In this document: in pieces, positions 54,962-64,000 of the stretch | Position numbering within the stretch: position 1 is the stretch's first letter | Layout: each line of letters opens with the position of its first letter | Origin: an uncultured Gemmatimonadaceae bacterium | Lineage (GTDB): Bacteria > Gemmatimonadota > Gemmatimonadetes > Gemmatimonadales > Gemmatimonadaceae | Assembly (NCBI GenBank): GCA_963846925.1 | Contig: CAWJXW010000007.1 | Coordinates: 5,495-69,494, forward strand | Direction: 5' to 3' | DNA: 64,000 nucleotides | Translations under genes and position numbers: made by a program | The notes under the pieces: model-generated | Database searches by the model: none | Told to the model about the DNA's origin: nothing | What the model saw: only the letters and a program-made list of their open reading frames with translations

Positions 54962-56557
54962 ATGTCTTTCGATTCGGCTCTTCCGTTCGGTTCGCTCACC
55001 GATCGCGCGCATTTCCTTCGCGTGTCGATGCTTGCCGTCGTCGCAGGATCGGCTTGCCACACGCCGGGGACGCCTCGCATCGACGGCGTGGCCGGTGCGC
55101 CCGCGAACCCGGCGACACCGTGGACAGTGCCCGCGTCGGCACGCACGCCACCGCCGCCGGCGGCTCCTCCCGCGGCTCCCGCCGCGACGGCCGCGCTCGC
55201 CGCCGACTCGGCGACGACAGCGGCGGTGCGCTTCTCACTGACGGACGTCGTCGACCTCGCGCTCAAGAACAATCCGACGACGCGCGAGTCGTGGGCGAAC
55301 GCGCAGGCGGCGGCGAACGAGTATGGATCGGCGCGAGGCGCGCGCTATCCGACGCTCAACGGAAGCGTCAATCTCGCCGGCGCATCGACGGGATCCGCGT
55401 TCGGCGGCGGTGGAAACGGGTCGAGCGTCGTGATCGATACGACCGGGTCGAACACGCGCGCCGTCGGCGCGGTGGGCGGACTGACGCGCGCGCAGATCAC
55501 CCCGGCGTTCTCGCTGTCGTACCTGGTGTTCGACATGGGCGGCCGCGCCGCGACGATCGAATCGGCCAAGCAGAACGCGGTCGCGCTGAACCTCGGCCAC
55601 AACGCCGCGATCAATGACGTCGTGCTTCAAGTGGAGTCGGCGCTCTTCTCGTATCTCGCGACCGTCGCCCTTCGCGACGCCGAGCTCACCGCGCTGAAAG
55701 AGGCGCAGGCGGACACGGCGAATGCGGAAGCGCGCCTCCGCGTCGGCGTGGGCACTCTACAAGACGTGTTGCAGGCGAGGACCGAGCTGGCGCAGGCGCG
55801 CCTGCAGCTGGTCACGCTGGAGGGGACGCTCCTGTCGTCGCGCGCAACGCTCGCGGCCGCGATGGGGCTCCCAGCCAACACGCGCTTCGAGATTCCGGCG
55901 ATCTCGACGTGCGACTCGGTAGCGAAAGTCGCCGCTTCCGTCGACACGCTCATCAACCGCGCGATCACGACGAGGCCGGACCTCGCGCAGGCGCGGGCCG
56001 CGGCAGCACAACTCGCGGCTCAGATCCGAGTCGCGCGATCGGCGGGCTATCCGTCGCTGACGCTCTCGAGCATCCAGAGCCTCACGCGATCGGTGGAGGG
56101 CGCGTCGTCGGCGAACGGGCTGAATGCGTCCTTCGTGCTGGGCCTGCAGATTCCGATCTTCAACGGATACTCACGGCAGTACGACGTGCGGACGGCGCAG
56201 GCCCAGTACCAGGCCGCGCTGGCGCGCGTCACCTCGACGCAGCAGCAGATCACCGTCCAGGTGTTCACGTCGTACGCGGCGCTGCAGACGGCGGGGCAGC
56301 GGCTTTCCGCGTCCGCCGACCTCCTCACCGCCGCGGCACAGTCCGCCGAAGTCGCCACGGGCCGCTATCGCGAGGGCGTGGGAACCATCGTCGACGTGCT
56401 GCTCGCGCGGTCCGCGCTGGACTCCGCGCGCGCCGGGGACATACAGGCGCGCTGGGAGTGGCAGACGGCGCTCGCGCAGTTGGCGCACGACGTCGGCTCG
56501 CTCGATACGCGCGGCCGCCCGAACATTCCGCTCGCGCCGCCGCCGAGGATTCGATGA
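54962..56557 (+). CDS. TolC-family outer-membrane efflux protein
   Basis: 531-aa ORF. A more likely start is ATG 55028 (MLAVVAGSAC, lipobox-like). It has two TolC repeats (LSLTDVVDLALKNNP...; AITTRPDLAQARAA...) and a coiled-coil-rich sequence. Confidence 0.85.
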   Translation: MSFDSALPFGSLTDRAHFLRVSMLAVVAGSACHTPGTPRIDGVAGAPANPATPWTVPASARTPPPPAAPPAAPAATAALAADSATTAAVRFSLTDVVDLALKNNPTTRESWANAQAAANEYGSARGARYPTLNGSVNLAGASTGSAFGGGGNGSSVVIDTTGSNTRAVGAVGGLTRAQITPAFSLSYLVFDMGGRAATIESAKQNAVALNLGHNAAINDVVLQVESALFSYLATVALRDAELTALKEAQADTANAEARLRVGVGTLQDVLQARTELAQARLQLVTLEGTLLSSRATLAAAMGLPANTRFEIPAISTCDSVAKVAASVDTLINRAITTRPDLAQARAAAAQLAAQIRVARSAGYPSLTLSSIQSLTRSVEGASSANGLNASFVLGLQIPIFNGYSRQYDVRTAQAQYQAALARVTSTQQQITVQVFTSYAALQTAGQRLSASADLLTAAAQSAEVATGRYREGVGTIVDVLLARSALDSARAGDIQARWEWQTALAQLAHDVGSLDTRGRPNIPLAPPPRIR

Positions 56558-57780
56558 TCGCGCATCGACGACGAATCGCGCGCACTCTCGCGGTCGCGCT
56601 GGTGTTGGGGGTCGGCGCGTGCCGGGCAGGCCCGGGGGCCCGGCGACCGTCGGCGATACCCGTGCGAGTCACACCCGCGAAACGCATAGACGCGCCCGTC
56701 ACCGTGTCGGCGAGCGGCGTCGTCGAGCCGATGCAAACGGTGGCGGTCACGCCGCAAGTCAGCGGCACGTTGCTCGACGTGCTGTTCAAGGAAGGCGACT
56801 TCGTCCAGAAAGGGCAGCGCATCTTCCGGATCGATACGCGCCCATTGCAGGCGATCGTCGACCAGGCACAAGCGACGCTGACCAAGGACATGGCGTCGGC
56901 GTCGGCTGCCGAACGCGACGACGTGCGCTACAAGTCGCTCGCGGACATCGGATACGTGAGCCGGTCACAATCCGACCAGATGCACGCCGCGGCGCTGGCG
57001 GCGGCGGCGACGGTGCAAGCCGATCGCGCCTCGTTGCGCGCCGCCCAGGTGAATTTGGGTTTCACCTCGATAACCGCGCCGATCAGCGGACGCACCGGCA
57101 GTCTCCTCGTCCGGCGCGGGAACAACGTGAGTCCCACGAGCGGCCCGCTCGTCGTGATCAACCAGATCAACCCGGTGCTCGTGCGATTTCCCGTGCTGCA
57201 GCAGGACTTCGCGCCGATGCAAGCCGCGGTGTCGCGCCATCCGCTCCCGGTGACAGCCGCCGCGACCGATAGCGCGCAGGAAGTCGCGCACGGCACGCTT
57301 TCGTTCCTCGACAACAACGTCGATTCGCTCACCGGGACGGTGACTGGAAAGGCGAGCTTCACCAACTCCGATCGGCGGCTCTGGCCCGGCGAGCTCGTGT
57401 TCCTGACGGTTCAACTGCGGGTCGAAAGCGGCGTGCTCGCCGTTCCGACGGAGGCGATCCTCACGGGGCAGCAAGGCCCGTACGTGTTCGTTGTCGACGC
57501 GAGCAACACCGCGCGCATGCGTCAGGTGTTGCCGGGACTTCAGGTCAACGATCTCACGGTCGTTCAAAACGGCCTGACCACCGGCGAACGCGTCGTGGTC
57601 GACGGACAGTCGCGTCTCGATCAAGGGACGCGCGTCGCGATCACCGGAATTGGAACGGACACGGGCACCGCGACACTCGGTCGCCAGCTCGATTCGAGCG
57701 CCGCGGCGCGCGAATCCGTCGGCGGTGAAGTCACGCCGAGGCCACCGGCGCCCGCGTCGACCGGCCGACCGCCGCCGTGA
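56554..57780 (+). CDS. efflux RND transporter periplasmic adaptor (MFP/HlyD family)
   Basis: ATG 56554 overlaps the TolC stop. The lipobox is LVLGVGAC. Motifs include VSGTLLDVLFKEGDFVQKGQRIFRID, LGFTSITAPISGRTG and VVDGQSRL. Confidence 0.9.
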   Translation: MIAHRRRIARTLAVALVLGVGACRAGPGARRPSAIPVRVTPAKRIDAPVTVSASGVVEPMQTVAVTPQVSGTLLDVLFKEGDFVQKGQRIFRIDTRPLQAIVDQAQATLTKDMASASAAERDDVRYKSLADIGYVSRSQSDQMHAAALAAAATVQADRASLRAAQVNLGFTSITAPISGRTGSLLVRRGNNVSPTSGPLVVINQINPVLVRFPVLQQDFAPMQAAVSRHPLPVTAAATDSAQEVAHGTLSFLDNNVDSLTGTVTGKASFTNSDRRLWPGELVFLTVQLRVESGVLAVPTEAILTGQQGPYVFVVDASNTARMRQVLPGLQVNDLTVVQNGLTTGERVVVDGQSRLDQGTRVAITGIGTDTGTATLGRQLDSSAAARESVGGEVTPRPPAPASTGRPPP

Positions 57781-60700
57781 ACGTCTCCGAGCGATTCATT
57801 CGCCGGCCGGTGATGACGATCCTGCTGATGGTCGGGATCGTCGTGTTCGGCGTCTTCACATACGGGAGTCTGCCGATCAGCGATCTGCCGACCGTCGACT
57901 ATCCGACGATCAGCGTCAGCGCGAGCCTGCCCGGCGCGAGCCCGCAGACGATGGCCGCCGCGGTTGCGACGCCGCTCGAAAAACAGTTCTCGACGATCGC
58001 CGGCGTCGACAACATGACGTCGACGTCGAGCCTGGGGTCCACGTCGATCACGCTGCAATTCTCGCTCGACCGCGACATCGACGCGGCCGCGCAGGACGTT
58101 CAGGCCGCGATCGCCAAAACGCTGCGGCAATTGCCGCTCGGCATTCAGCCGCCTTCTTATCAAAAAGCGAACCCGGCGGCGTCGCCGATTTTGTTCTACG
58201 CTCTTACATCGACGACCCTCTCGTTACAGCAGCTCGACGAGGTCGGCGAGACGCTATTGTCGCAGCGCCTTTCGATGGTCGACGGCGTCGCGCAGGTGCA
58301 GGTGTTCGGATCGGCCAAGTACGCGGTGCGCATCCAGCTCGACCCGACCGCGCTGGCGTACCGGAAGATCGGCATCGACGAGGTCGCCGACGCAGTGAAC
58401 TCGCAGAGCGTGAGCGAACCGACGGGCGTGCTCTGGGGGCCGACGACCGCGTACACGATCCAGGCGACCGGCCAGCTGAACAACGCCGCCCAATTCCGAT
58501 CGATGACCGTCGTGTATCGGAACGGGGCGTCGGTTCAACTCGGCGCGCTCGGCCATGTGCTCGACGACGTCGAGAACAACCGAAGCGCGAGCTGGTTCAA
58601 CGGCGTCCGCGCGATCGTCCTCGCGGTGCAGCGGCAGCCCGGCACCAACACCGTCAAGGTGGCCAACGCCGTGCGGGCCGAGCTCGACTCGATGAAGACC
58701 CAGATTCCGAGCGGCGTGCGCATCCAGACGCTCTTCGACCGGTCGGTCGGGATCGATCAGTCGGTGAGCGACGTGAAGCGCACGCTCTTGCTGACGCTCG
58801 GGCTCGTCGTCGTCGTGATCTTCCTGTTTCTGCGCAACGCGTGGGCGACGCTGATTCCGAGCCTCGCGCTGCCGCTCTCGATAGTCGGGACGTTCCCGGT
58901 CATGTACGTCCTCGGCTACAGCCTCGACACGCTTTCATTGATGGCGCTCACGCTGGCCGTCGGGTTCGTCGTCGACGACGCGATCGTCATGCTCGAGAAC
59001 ATCGTCCGTCACATGGAGATGGGCACACCGCCGATGCAGGCCGCGATCGACGGCTCGGCGGAAGTCGGGTTTACCATCTTGTCCATGACGCTCTCGCTCA
59101 CCGCCGTATTTATCCCGCTCCTTTTCCTGGGAGGCGTGGTTGGCCGCTTGTTCCGCGAGTTCTCGGTCGTGATCGCGACGGCCATTCTCGTGTCGGGCGT
59201 CGTCTCGCTGACGTTCACGCCGATGCTCGCCAGCCGCTTTTTGCGCGCGCAGAAGAGCGAGCGGCACAGCCGGTTCTACAATGCCATCGAGCGCGCGTGG
59301 GACTGGCTCCTCGGCCAGTACACGTGGACGCTCGACTGGACGATGGGCCACCGCCTGCTCACGATGGGGTTCTCATTCCTCGTGCTCGTCGGCACCGCGC
59401 TGCTGTTCAAGATTCTGCCGACCGGTTTCATCCCCGACGAGGACATCGGCCAGATCAACATCACGACCGAGGCGGCGCAGGGGACGTCGTACGGCGACAT
59501 GGTGCGTCGCCAGCTGATGATCGCCGGGATCGTGCAGAGCGACACCAGCGTCGCCTCGTACATGTCGACCGTCGGCGGCGGCGGCTCGTCCGGAACCAAC
59601 ACGGGGCGGCTGACCGTGATCCTCAAACCGCTCGGCCACCGCCCTCCGATTCAAGCGGTGGTGAACGAGCTGCGCGCGAAGATGGCCCACGTGCCCGGGG
59701 TCACGGCGTATCCGTCGATCCCGCCGGCGATTCAGATCGGCGGACGCCAGTCGAAGAGCCAGTACCAGTTCACGATGCAGGGCTCCGACGTCGCGTCGAT
59801 GTACGCGGCGGCGCAGAAGCTCATCGACGCCGCGAAGCGTTCGCCGCTTCTCGCCGACGTGACGAGCGACATGCAGAACAACAACCCGCAGGTGAACATC
59901 ACGATCGACCGCACGCGGGCCGCCGCCTTCGGTGTGACGGCCGATCAAATAGAAAGCACGCTCTATGACGCGTACGGCTCGCGGCAGGTGTCGACGATTC
60001 TCACGCCGAGCAACGAGTACGAGGTGATCATCGAGCTGCTGCCGCAGTATCAGCAGGATCTGTCGGAGCTGGCGCTGTTGTACGTGAAGAGCACGACCGG
60101 CACGCTGGTGCCGATGAAGGCCGTGGCGACGCTGAGCAAGAGCCTCGGTCCGGTGACGATCAACCACTCCGGGCAGCTGCCGTCGGTCACGCTCTCGTTC
60201 AACCTGGCGCCCGGTGCCTCGCTCGGCGCGGCGACGGCCGAGGTGCAGCGTCTCGCGAACCAGACGCTTCCGGCGGGGATCACGACGGCGTTCTCGGGAA
60301 CGGCGCAGGTGTTTCAAGCGACGGAAGCCGGCCTCGTCGTCCTCGTCGTCCTCGCGGTATTCGTGATCTACATGGTGCTCGGCGTCTTGTACGAGAGCTT
60401 CGTGCACCCGCTCACGATTCTCTCAGGTCTCCCGTTCGCCGCGTTCGGCGCGTTGCTCGCGCTCTGGATCTTCAACATCGAGCTGTCCGTCTTCGCGTTC
60501 GTGGGCGTGATCCTGCTGATAGGAATCGTGAAGAAGAACGCGATCATGATGGTGGACTTCGCGGTCGAGGCGGAGAAGGAAGGGAAGCCGGCCGAGGAAG
60601 CGATCGTCGACGCGGCGCATGTGAGGTTCCGGCCGATCATGATGACGACCGTGGCGGCGTTGGTCGGCACGTTGCCGGTGGCGCTGGCGTCGGGGATCGG

Positions 60701-60896
60701 ATCGGAGACTCGGCGACCGCTCGGAATTGCGGTCGTGGGAGGGTTGGCGTTTTCGCAGCTGGTGACGTTGTACGTGACGCCGGTGGTGTACACGTATCTC
60801 GATCCGTTGAATCGGCGGTTGCAGAGGAAGTTGGCGCGGGAAGGGAAGGAGAAGCCGAGAGGGGATGAGCAGATGGAGTTGGGGGTTGTCAGTTGA
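57777..60896 (+). CDS. multidrug efflux RND transporter permease (AcrB/MexB family)
   Basis: 1039 aa from a GTG that overlaps the adaptor stop. The N-terminus is MNVSERFIRRPVMTILLMVGIVVFG, and it has the 12-TM, two-large-loop AcrB layout. Motifs include GFVVDDAIVMLENI and GIVKKNAIMMVDFA. Confidence 0.95.
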   Translation: MNVSERFIRRPVMTILLMVGIVVFGVFTYGSLPISDLPTVDYPTISVSASLPGASPQTMAAAVATPLEKQFSTIAGVDNMTSTSSLGSTSITLQFSLDRDIDAAAQDVQAAIAKTLRQLPLGIQPPSYQKANPAASPILFYALTSTTLSLQQLDEVGETLLSQRLSMVDGVAQVQVFGSAKYAVRIQLDPTALAYRKIGIDEVADAVNSQSVSEPTGVLWGPTTAYTIQATGQLNNAAQFRSMTVVYRNGASVQLGALGHVLDDVENNRSASWFNGVRAIVLAVQRQPGTNTVKVANAVRAELDSMKTQIPSGVRIQTLFDRSVGIDQSVSDVKRTLLLTLGLVVVVIFLFLRNAWATLIPSLALPLSIVGTFPVMYVLGYSLDTLSLMALTLAVGFVVDDAIVMLENIVRHMEMGTPPMQAAIDGSAEVGFTILSMTLSLTAVFIPLLFLGGVVGRLFREFSVVIATAILVSGVVSLTFTPMLASRFLRAQKSERHSRFYNAIERAWDWLLGQYTWTLDWTMGHRLLTMGFSFLVLVGTALLFKILPTGFIPDEDIGQINITTEAAQGTSYGDMVRRQLMIAGIVQSDTSVASYMSTVGGGGSSGTNTGRLTVILKPLGHRPPIQAVVNELRAKMAHVPGVTAYPSIPPAIQIGGRQSKSQYQFTMQGSDVASMYAAAQKLIDAAKRSPLLADVTSDMQNNNPQVNITIDRTRAAAFGVTADQIESTLYDAYGSRQVSTILTPSNEYEVIIELLPQYQQDLSELALLYVKSTTGTLVPMKAVATLSKSLGPVTINHSGQLPSVTLSFNLAPGASLGAATAEVQRLANQTLPAGITTAFSGTAQVFQATEAGLVVLVVLAVFVIYMVLGVLYESFVHPLTILSGLPFAAFGALLALWIFNIELSVFAFVGVILLIGIVKKNAIMMVDFAVEAEKEGKPAEEAIVDAAHVRFRPIMMTTVAALVGTLPVALASGIGSETRRPLGIAVVGGLAFSQLVTLYVTPVVYTYLDPLNRRLQRKLAREGKEKPRGDEQMELGVVS

Positions 60897-60940
60897 GACT
60901 GCGCGAAGGTGACAAGGGGCGAGGCGGCGGCTACGTGCGG

Positions 60941-61378
60941 CTATGCCTTGGCGGTCTGATTTGGCAGGGTAGAACGGACCTCCACTTTGTGCTGGATCTG
61001 TTCTTCGGAGAGGACCGGGGCGAAGTCTTCCATCTCACCGATCTGGCGGATTTCGAGCTCGTAGTCCTCGGCGCTGCCGTTGGGGCAACGCTTGACCCAC
61101 TCGATCGCCTCCTCGAGGGATTTGACCTGCAGGATCCAGAAGCCGGCGATGAGCTCTTTGGCCTCGGTGAAGGGTCCGTCGATGACCGTACGCGACTTGC
61201 CGGAGAATTTGACGCGTGCGCCCTTGGAGCTGGGATGGAGGCCATCGAGGGCGAGCAGGACGCCGGCCTTTGAGAGCTCCTCGTTGTACTTGCCCATGTC
61301 GGCCAAGAACTGCGGATCGGGGAGGGCGCCGCTTTTCTCTGACTCTGGGGTTGCCTTGGCGATGACCATGAATCGCAT
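60941..61378 (-). CDS. YciI-family protein
   Basis: 145 aa: MRFMVIAKATPESE...GPFTEAKELIAGFWILQVKSLEEAIEWVKRCP, which is typical of YciI/DGPF. Confidence 0.8.
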   Translation of the reverse strand: MRFMVIAKATPESEKSGALPDPQFLADMGKYNEELSKAGVLLALDGLHPSSKGARVKFSGKSRTVIDGPFTEAKELIAGFWILQVKSLEEAIEWVKRCPNGSAEDYELEIRQIGEMEDFAPVLSEEQIQHKVEVRSTLPNQTAKA

Positions 61379-61738
61379 TGCGAAATCTCCTTTTGGTTGC
61401 GCGATGGCTGCGGGCTGTTTTTCGGGGCTCGCGACTGGTGCTCAGATTGAGAGCGCAGTTGGATCGCTGTTCGCCGCTGTCGTACCGGCTCTCTGCTGAT
61501 ACGACGAACGGGGTGTGGCCGAATCGACATGAGAACGAAGGACTGTGACAACGTTGTTCGGGAGTCCCCAGTCGCTTCCTCGACGAACGACAGGCTCATC
61601 GCCTCGATGCCTGCGAGGGCATCAGCGACGGGTTGCGAGGTGAACGGCTAAGCCATTGTCGGCTCGCCGGTTGTCGAGAGGCTTTTGGTCGGCTATACTC
61701 TTCGGACTGTCCGCGATTGGAAATGCAGTAGCGGCGGG

Positions 61739-61812
61739 CGGGACGTAGCGCAGTCCGGTAGCGCACCTGAATGGGGTTCAGGGGGTCGCGGGTTCAAATC
61801 CCGCCGTCCCGA
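61739..61812 (+). tRNA. tRNA-Pro (anticodon GGG)
   Basis: Folded by hand, 74 nt. The acceptor stem is CGGGACG/CGTCCCG plus discriminator A, and the D stem is GCGC/GCGC. The anticodon stem is CCTGA/TCAGG with loop A-T-GGG-G-T. The variable loop is GGGTC. The T arm is GCGGG-TTCAAAT-CCCGC. No CCA is encoded. Confidence 0.9.
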
Positions 61813-61922
61813 TTCATTAGTGATCACGCCACGGTGATTTCCTCCTGTGGCGTTTGCTTTCCAGAACGGGCGGTCGAGTTTGTGTCGAGTCTCCGCTGCA
61901 CGGGCGCCTCCTCGTGCCGCTC

Positions 61923-61967
61923 GCTCGCACACAGCTCGCACACAGCTCGCACACATCCAGCTCGCAC
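61923..61967. repeat. 11-bp tandem repeat (GCTCGCACACA x3, plus a partial fourth copy)
   Basis: Three perfect copies at 61923-61955, then TCCA and GCTCGCAC. It lies about 110 nt downstream of tRNA-Pro. Confidence 0.8.
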
Positions 61968-62139
61968 TCGCGCATCGTCGCGATCGTCGTGCGTCACCAA
62001 ACCAGTTGAAGTGCAGGTTCGTAGCGCGCGAATCACGCCGACCGTTGCGATTCCTTTGCACCCCGGCTGCCGGAACTAGCCCGGATCGAGCAAATCGACG
62101 ACGGCGAGCCGCTGAATGACTGTCCGTGGCCTTCTTTTT

Positions 62140-62193
62140 GCCCATTCGGCTCATGTATTGACCGAATGGGCATTTTAGGCCATACTTCCTGGC
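62140..62193 (+). promoter_or_regulatory. 10-bp-arm inverted repeat overlapping a candidate sigma-70-like promoter of the AraC-family gene
   Basis: The repeat is GCCCATTCGG-12 nt-CCGAATGGGC (62140-62171). TTGACC (62158-62163), a 17-nt spacer and CATACT follow, with only about 7 nt left before ATG 62194 and no SD. Confidence 0.3.
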
Positions 62194-63159
62194 ATGGAGA
62201 TCCGTTGCCCGCTCGACGACGTCCTCGACGTGCTGCGCGTGCGTGGCGCCGTGATGGCGAACCTGCGCGCCCGAGGACCGTGGGGCATTAGCCTTCCGCG
62301 GACCCCGAAGGCGACGCTGCACGCCGTGACCGCCGGCGTGTGTTGGGTGCGCGTCAAAGGACAACCGCCAATCGAACAGCTTCCGGGCGACGTCGTACTG
62401 CTGCCGACCGGAGCAGCGCATATCGTGGCGAGCGCTCCTGCCGGACCGACGCGAACGTGGGGCAAGGTCGCCGAGGGGCAAGCTGGTAATCCCGCGCACG
62501 AATGCGTGTTCGACGGCCCCGGCGGGGGGAGCTCGACACACGTCATCTGCGCGGGGTTCGAGTACGATCACGAGGTCGCACAACCGCTCCTTTCGCTGAT
62601 GCCACGCGTGCTGTTCCTGTCGGGACAGGAGATGGCGGAGGGGAGCCCCGTGCAGGCGACGCTACGCGTCCTCCGTCACGAGCTCGCCGCGAGAACGTCC
62701 GGGTCGGCGACCGTGATCGACCGGCTGATCGACGTCCTGTTCGTTCAAGTGATCCGCGCGTGGTTAGGCACCGAGGACGGCTCCGGGACGTCCTGGCTTC
62801 AGGCACTCCGTGACCCGACCATTGGGCGCGCGCTCTCTGTCTTGCACGCGGACCCCGCAGCGCCATGGACGATCGAGACCCTCGCGCGCGAGGTGAGCCT
62901 GTCGCGGGCCACGCTGACGCGCCGCTTCTCGACCCTGGTCGGCGAGCCACCGCTTTCGTATCTCACGCGCTGGCGCATGGAGCTGGCCGCGCGGCACCTG
63001 CGCGAGACGGACAAGGCCGTGAGCACGATCGCGCGCCACGTCGGGTACACCTCCGAGTTCGCATTCTCGCGCGCATTCTCGCGGCTACGCGGGCTCCCGC
63101 CAGGTCGGTATCGGGCCGAGCTGCGACAAAGGCGCGAGGCAGGAGCCGCGGCGCAGTGA
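62194..63159 (+). CDS. AraC-family transcriptional regulator with N-terminal cupin-like domain
   Basis: 321 aa. The C-terminal HTH pair is WTIETLAREVSLSRATLTRRFSTLVGEPPLSYLTRWRMELAARHL...VSTIARHVGYTSEFAFSRAFSRLRGLPPGRYR. Confidence 0.85.
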   Translation: MEIRCPLDDVLDVLRVRGAVMANLRARGPWGISLPRTPKATLHAVTAGVCWVRVKGQPPIEQLPGDVVLLPTGAAHIVASAPAGPTRTWGKVAEGQAGNPAHECVFDGPGGGSSTHVICAGFEYDHEVAQPLLSLMPRVLFLSGQEMAEGSPVQATLRVLRHELAARTSGSATVIDRLIDVLFVQVIRAWLGTEDGSGTSWLQALRDPTIGRALSVLHADPAAPWTIETLAREVSLSRATLTRRFSTLVGEPPLSYLTRWRMELAARHLRETDKAVSTIARHVGYTSEFAFSRAFSRLRGLPPGRYRAELRQRREAGAAAQ

Positions 63160-64000
63160 GAGCGCGGCAGGTGACCGCAAGGGCGCAACGTGGTCACCGG
63201 TCAGGGCCGGATAGTCTGTGTAGCCCTGTTCGCGACCCCCGTAGAACGTGCTGGGGTTAGCAACGTTGAGCGGCGCATCCTGGGCGTAACGTTCGACCAG
63301 GTCGGGGTTGGCGATATACGATTTGCCGAAGGCGACGCAATCGGCTCGACCGGCCGCGATTGCCGCGTTGGCGCGTCGCTTGTCGTAGCCGCCGTTTGCC
63401 ATGTAATGCCCATTGAAACGACGCCGCAACTCCGGGAAGTCGAGCGGCAACTCCGAGCCGTGCACGTCACGCTCCATCACGTGCAGATAGGCCAGACCGA
63501 ATGGACGGAGCGTAGCGCCCACGTGGTTGAACAGCGCCTGCGGGTTTGAATCGCGCATGTCGTTGTACTGGTTGAGCGGCGAAATGCGGACTCCAACGCG
63601 ATCGGCGCCCCACACCTCACACACAGCCGCCACCACCTCCTGCAGCAGCCGTGTTCGGTTGGCGATTGAGCCGCCATACTGATCCGTTCGGTGATTGGTG
63701 CCATCACGGAGAAACTGGTCGAGCAGGTAGCCGTTGGCGCCATGCACTTCCATTCCGTCGAACCCAGCAGTCTTGGCATTCTGCGCCGCAATGCGGAAAC
63801 TCTCAATCAGCGCCGGAATCTCCCACGTCTCCAGCGCACGAGGCGTGACGAAATCCGTCATCCCCCGATGGGTGAATGCCTTGCCCGCCGGTTTGATGGC
63901 GGAGGGTGCCACTGGCAGCGCATCATTCGGCAACAGCGAAGGGTGAGAGATTCGTCCGACGTGCCACAGCTGCAAAAGGATGCGCCCGCCCTTGGCATGC
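63085..64000 (-). CDS. Old Yellow Enzyme-family NADH:flavin oxidoreductase / alkene reductase (5' end beyond the window)
   Basis: The ORF is open to the window edge, and the upstream codons read HAKGGRILLQLWHVGR. Motifs include HGANGYLLDQFL, NHRTDQYGGS, RISP and GYTDYP. The annotated stop at 63085 gives an unusual tail of about 40 aa after GYTDYPAL. Confidence 0.85.
   Translation of the reverse strand, partial: HAKGGRILLQLWHVGRISHPSLLPNDALPVAPSAIKPAGKAFTHRGMTDFVTPRALETWEIPALIESFRIAAQNAKTAGFDGMEVHGANGYLLDQFLRDGTNHRTDQYGGSIANRTRLLQEVVAAVCEVWGADRVGVRISPLNQYNDMRDSNPQALFNHVGATLRPFGLAYLHVMERDVHGSELPLDFPELRRRFNGHYMANGGYDKRRANAAIAAGRADCVAFGKSYIANPDLVERYAQDAPLNVANPSTFYGGREQGYTDYPALTGDHVAPLRSPAALSLRRGSCLAPLSQLGPIPTWREPA

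Noticed and set aside
57650-59968. 772-aa plus-strand ORF overlapping the adaptor and RND genes
   Set aside because: It is an Arg/Asp/Gly-rich alternative frame. The AcrB-family frame (57777..60896) is unambiguous.
61739-62193. tRNA-Pro as the attachment site of a genomic island
   Set aside because: I found no integrase and no direct repeat of the tRNA 3' end. The genes downstream (an AraC regulator and an OYE reductase) are ordinary in composition by eye.

Overview
This is a visibly GC-rich bacterial chromosomal segment (GC not computed), densely coding on both strands. I support about 55 protein-coding genes, 3-4 of them frame-disrupted, plus one tRNA-Pro(GGG). I recognise no rRNA, CRISPR array, transposase, integrase or phage genes.

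The gene content suggests a Gemmatimonadota/Acidobacteriota-like soil bacterium; this is inference only. It includes two ADOP/MacB-like duplicated permeases (one led by a PadR regulator), three membrane Ser/Thr kinases (two with TPR tails), TonB-dependent receptor and lipoprotein genes with carboxypeptidase-regulatory-like domains, an ECF sigma/anti-sigma pair, and a TolC-MFP-RND efflux operon. Housekeeping islands include a translationally coupled cspA-desaturase-rpsU-infA string, a HemQ-like gene, a SufS-like gene and an aminotransferase.

I do not see a convincing multi-gene novel system. The best leads are:
1. An octanucleotide array (CCGGTCCA, 12.5 copies) with a second short array. Each precedes one of two tandem paralogous, very hydrophobic membrane proteins just upstream of the RND operon.
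2. A standalone 310-aa protein with a TIR-like N-terminus and an unknown C-terminal domain.
3. An approximately 240-bp nested palindromic, MITE/REP-like element upstream of the PadR-ADOP cassette.
4. An 1167-aa ankyrin plus leucine-rich-repeat protein.
5. A non-random pattern of frame disruptions: at least five in one cNMP-binding histidine kinase, and single ones in mgtA and a DUF1259 gene.

All functional calls come from reading translated motifs by eye. No database search was run.
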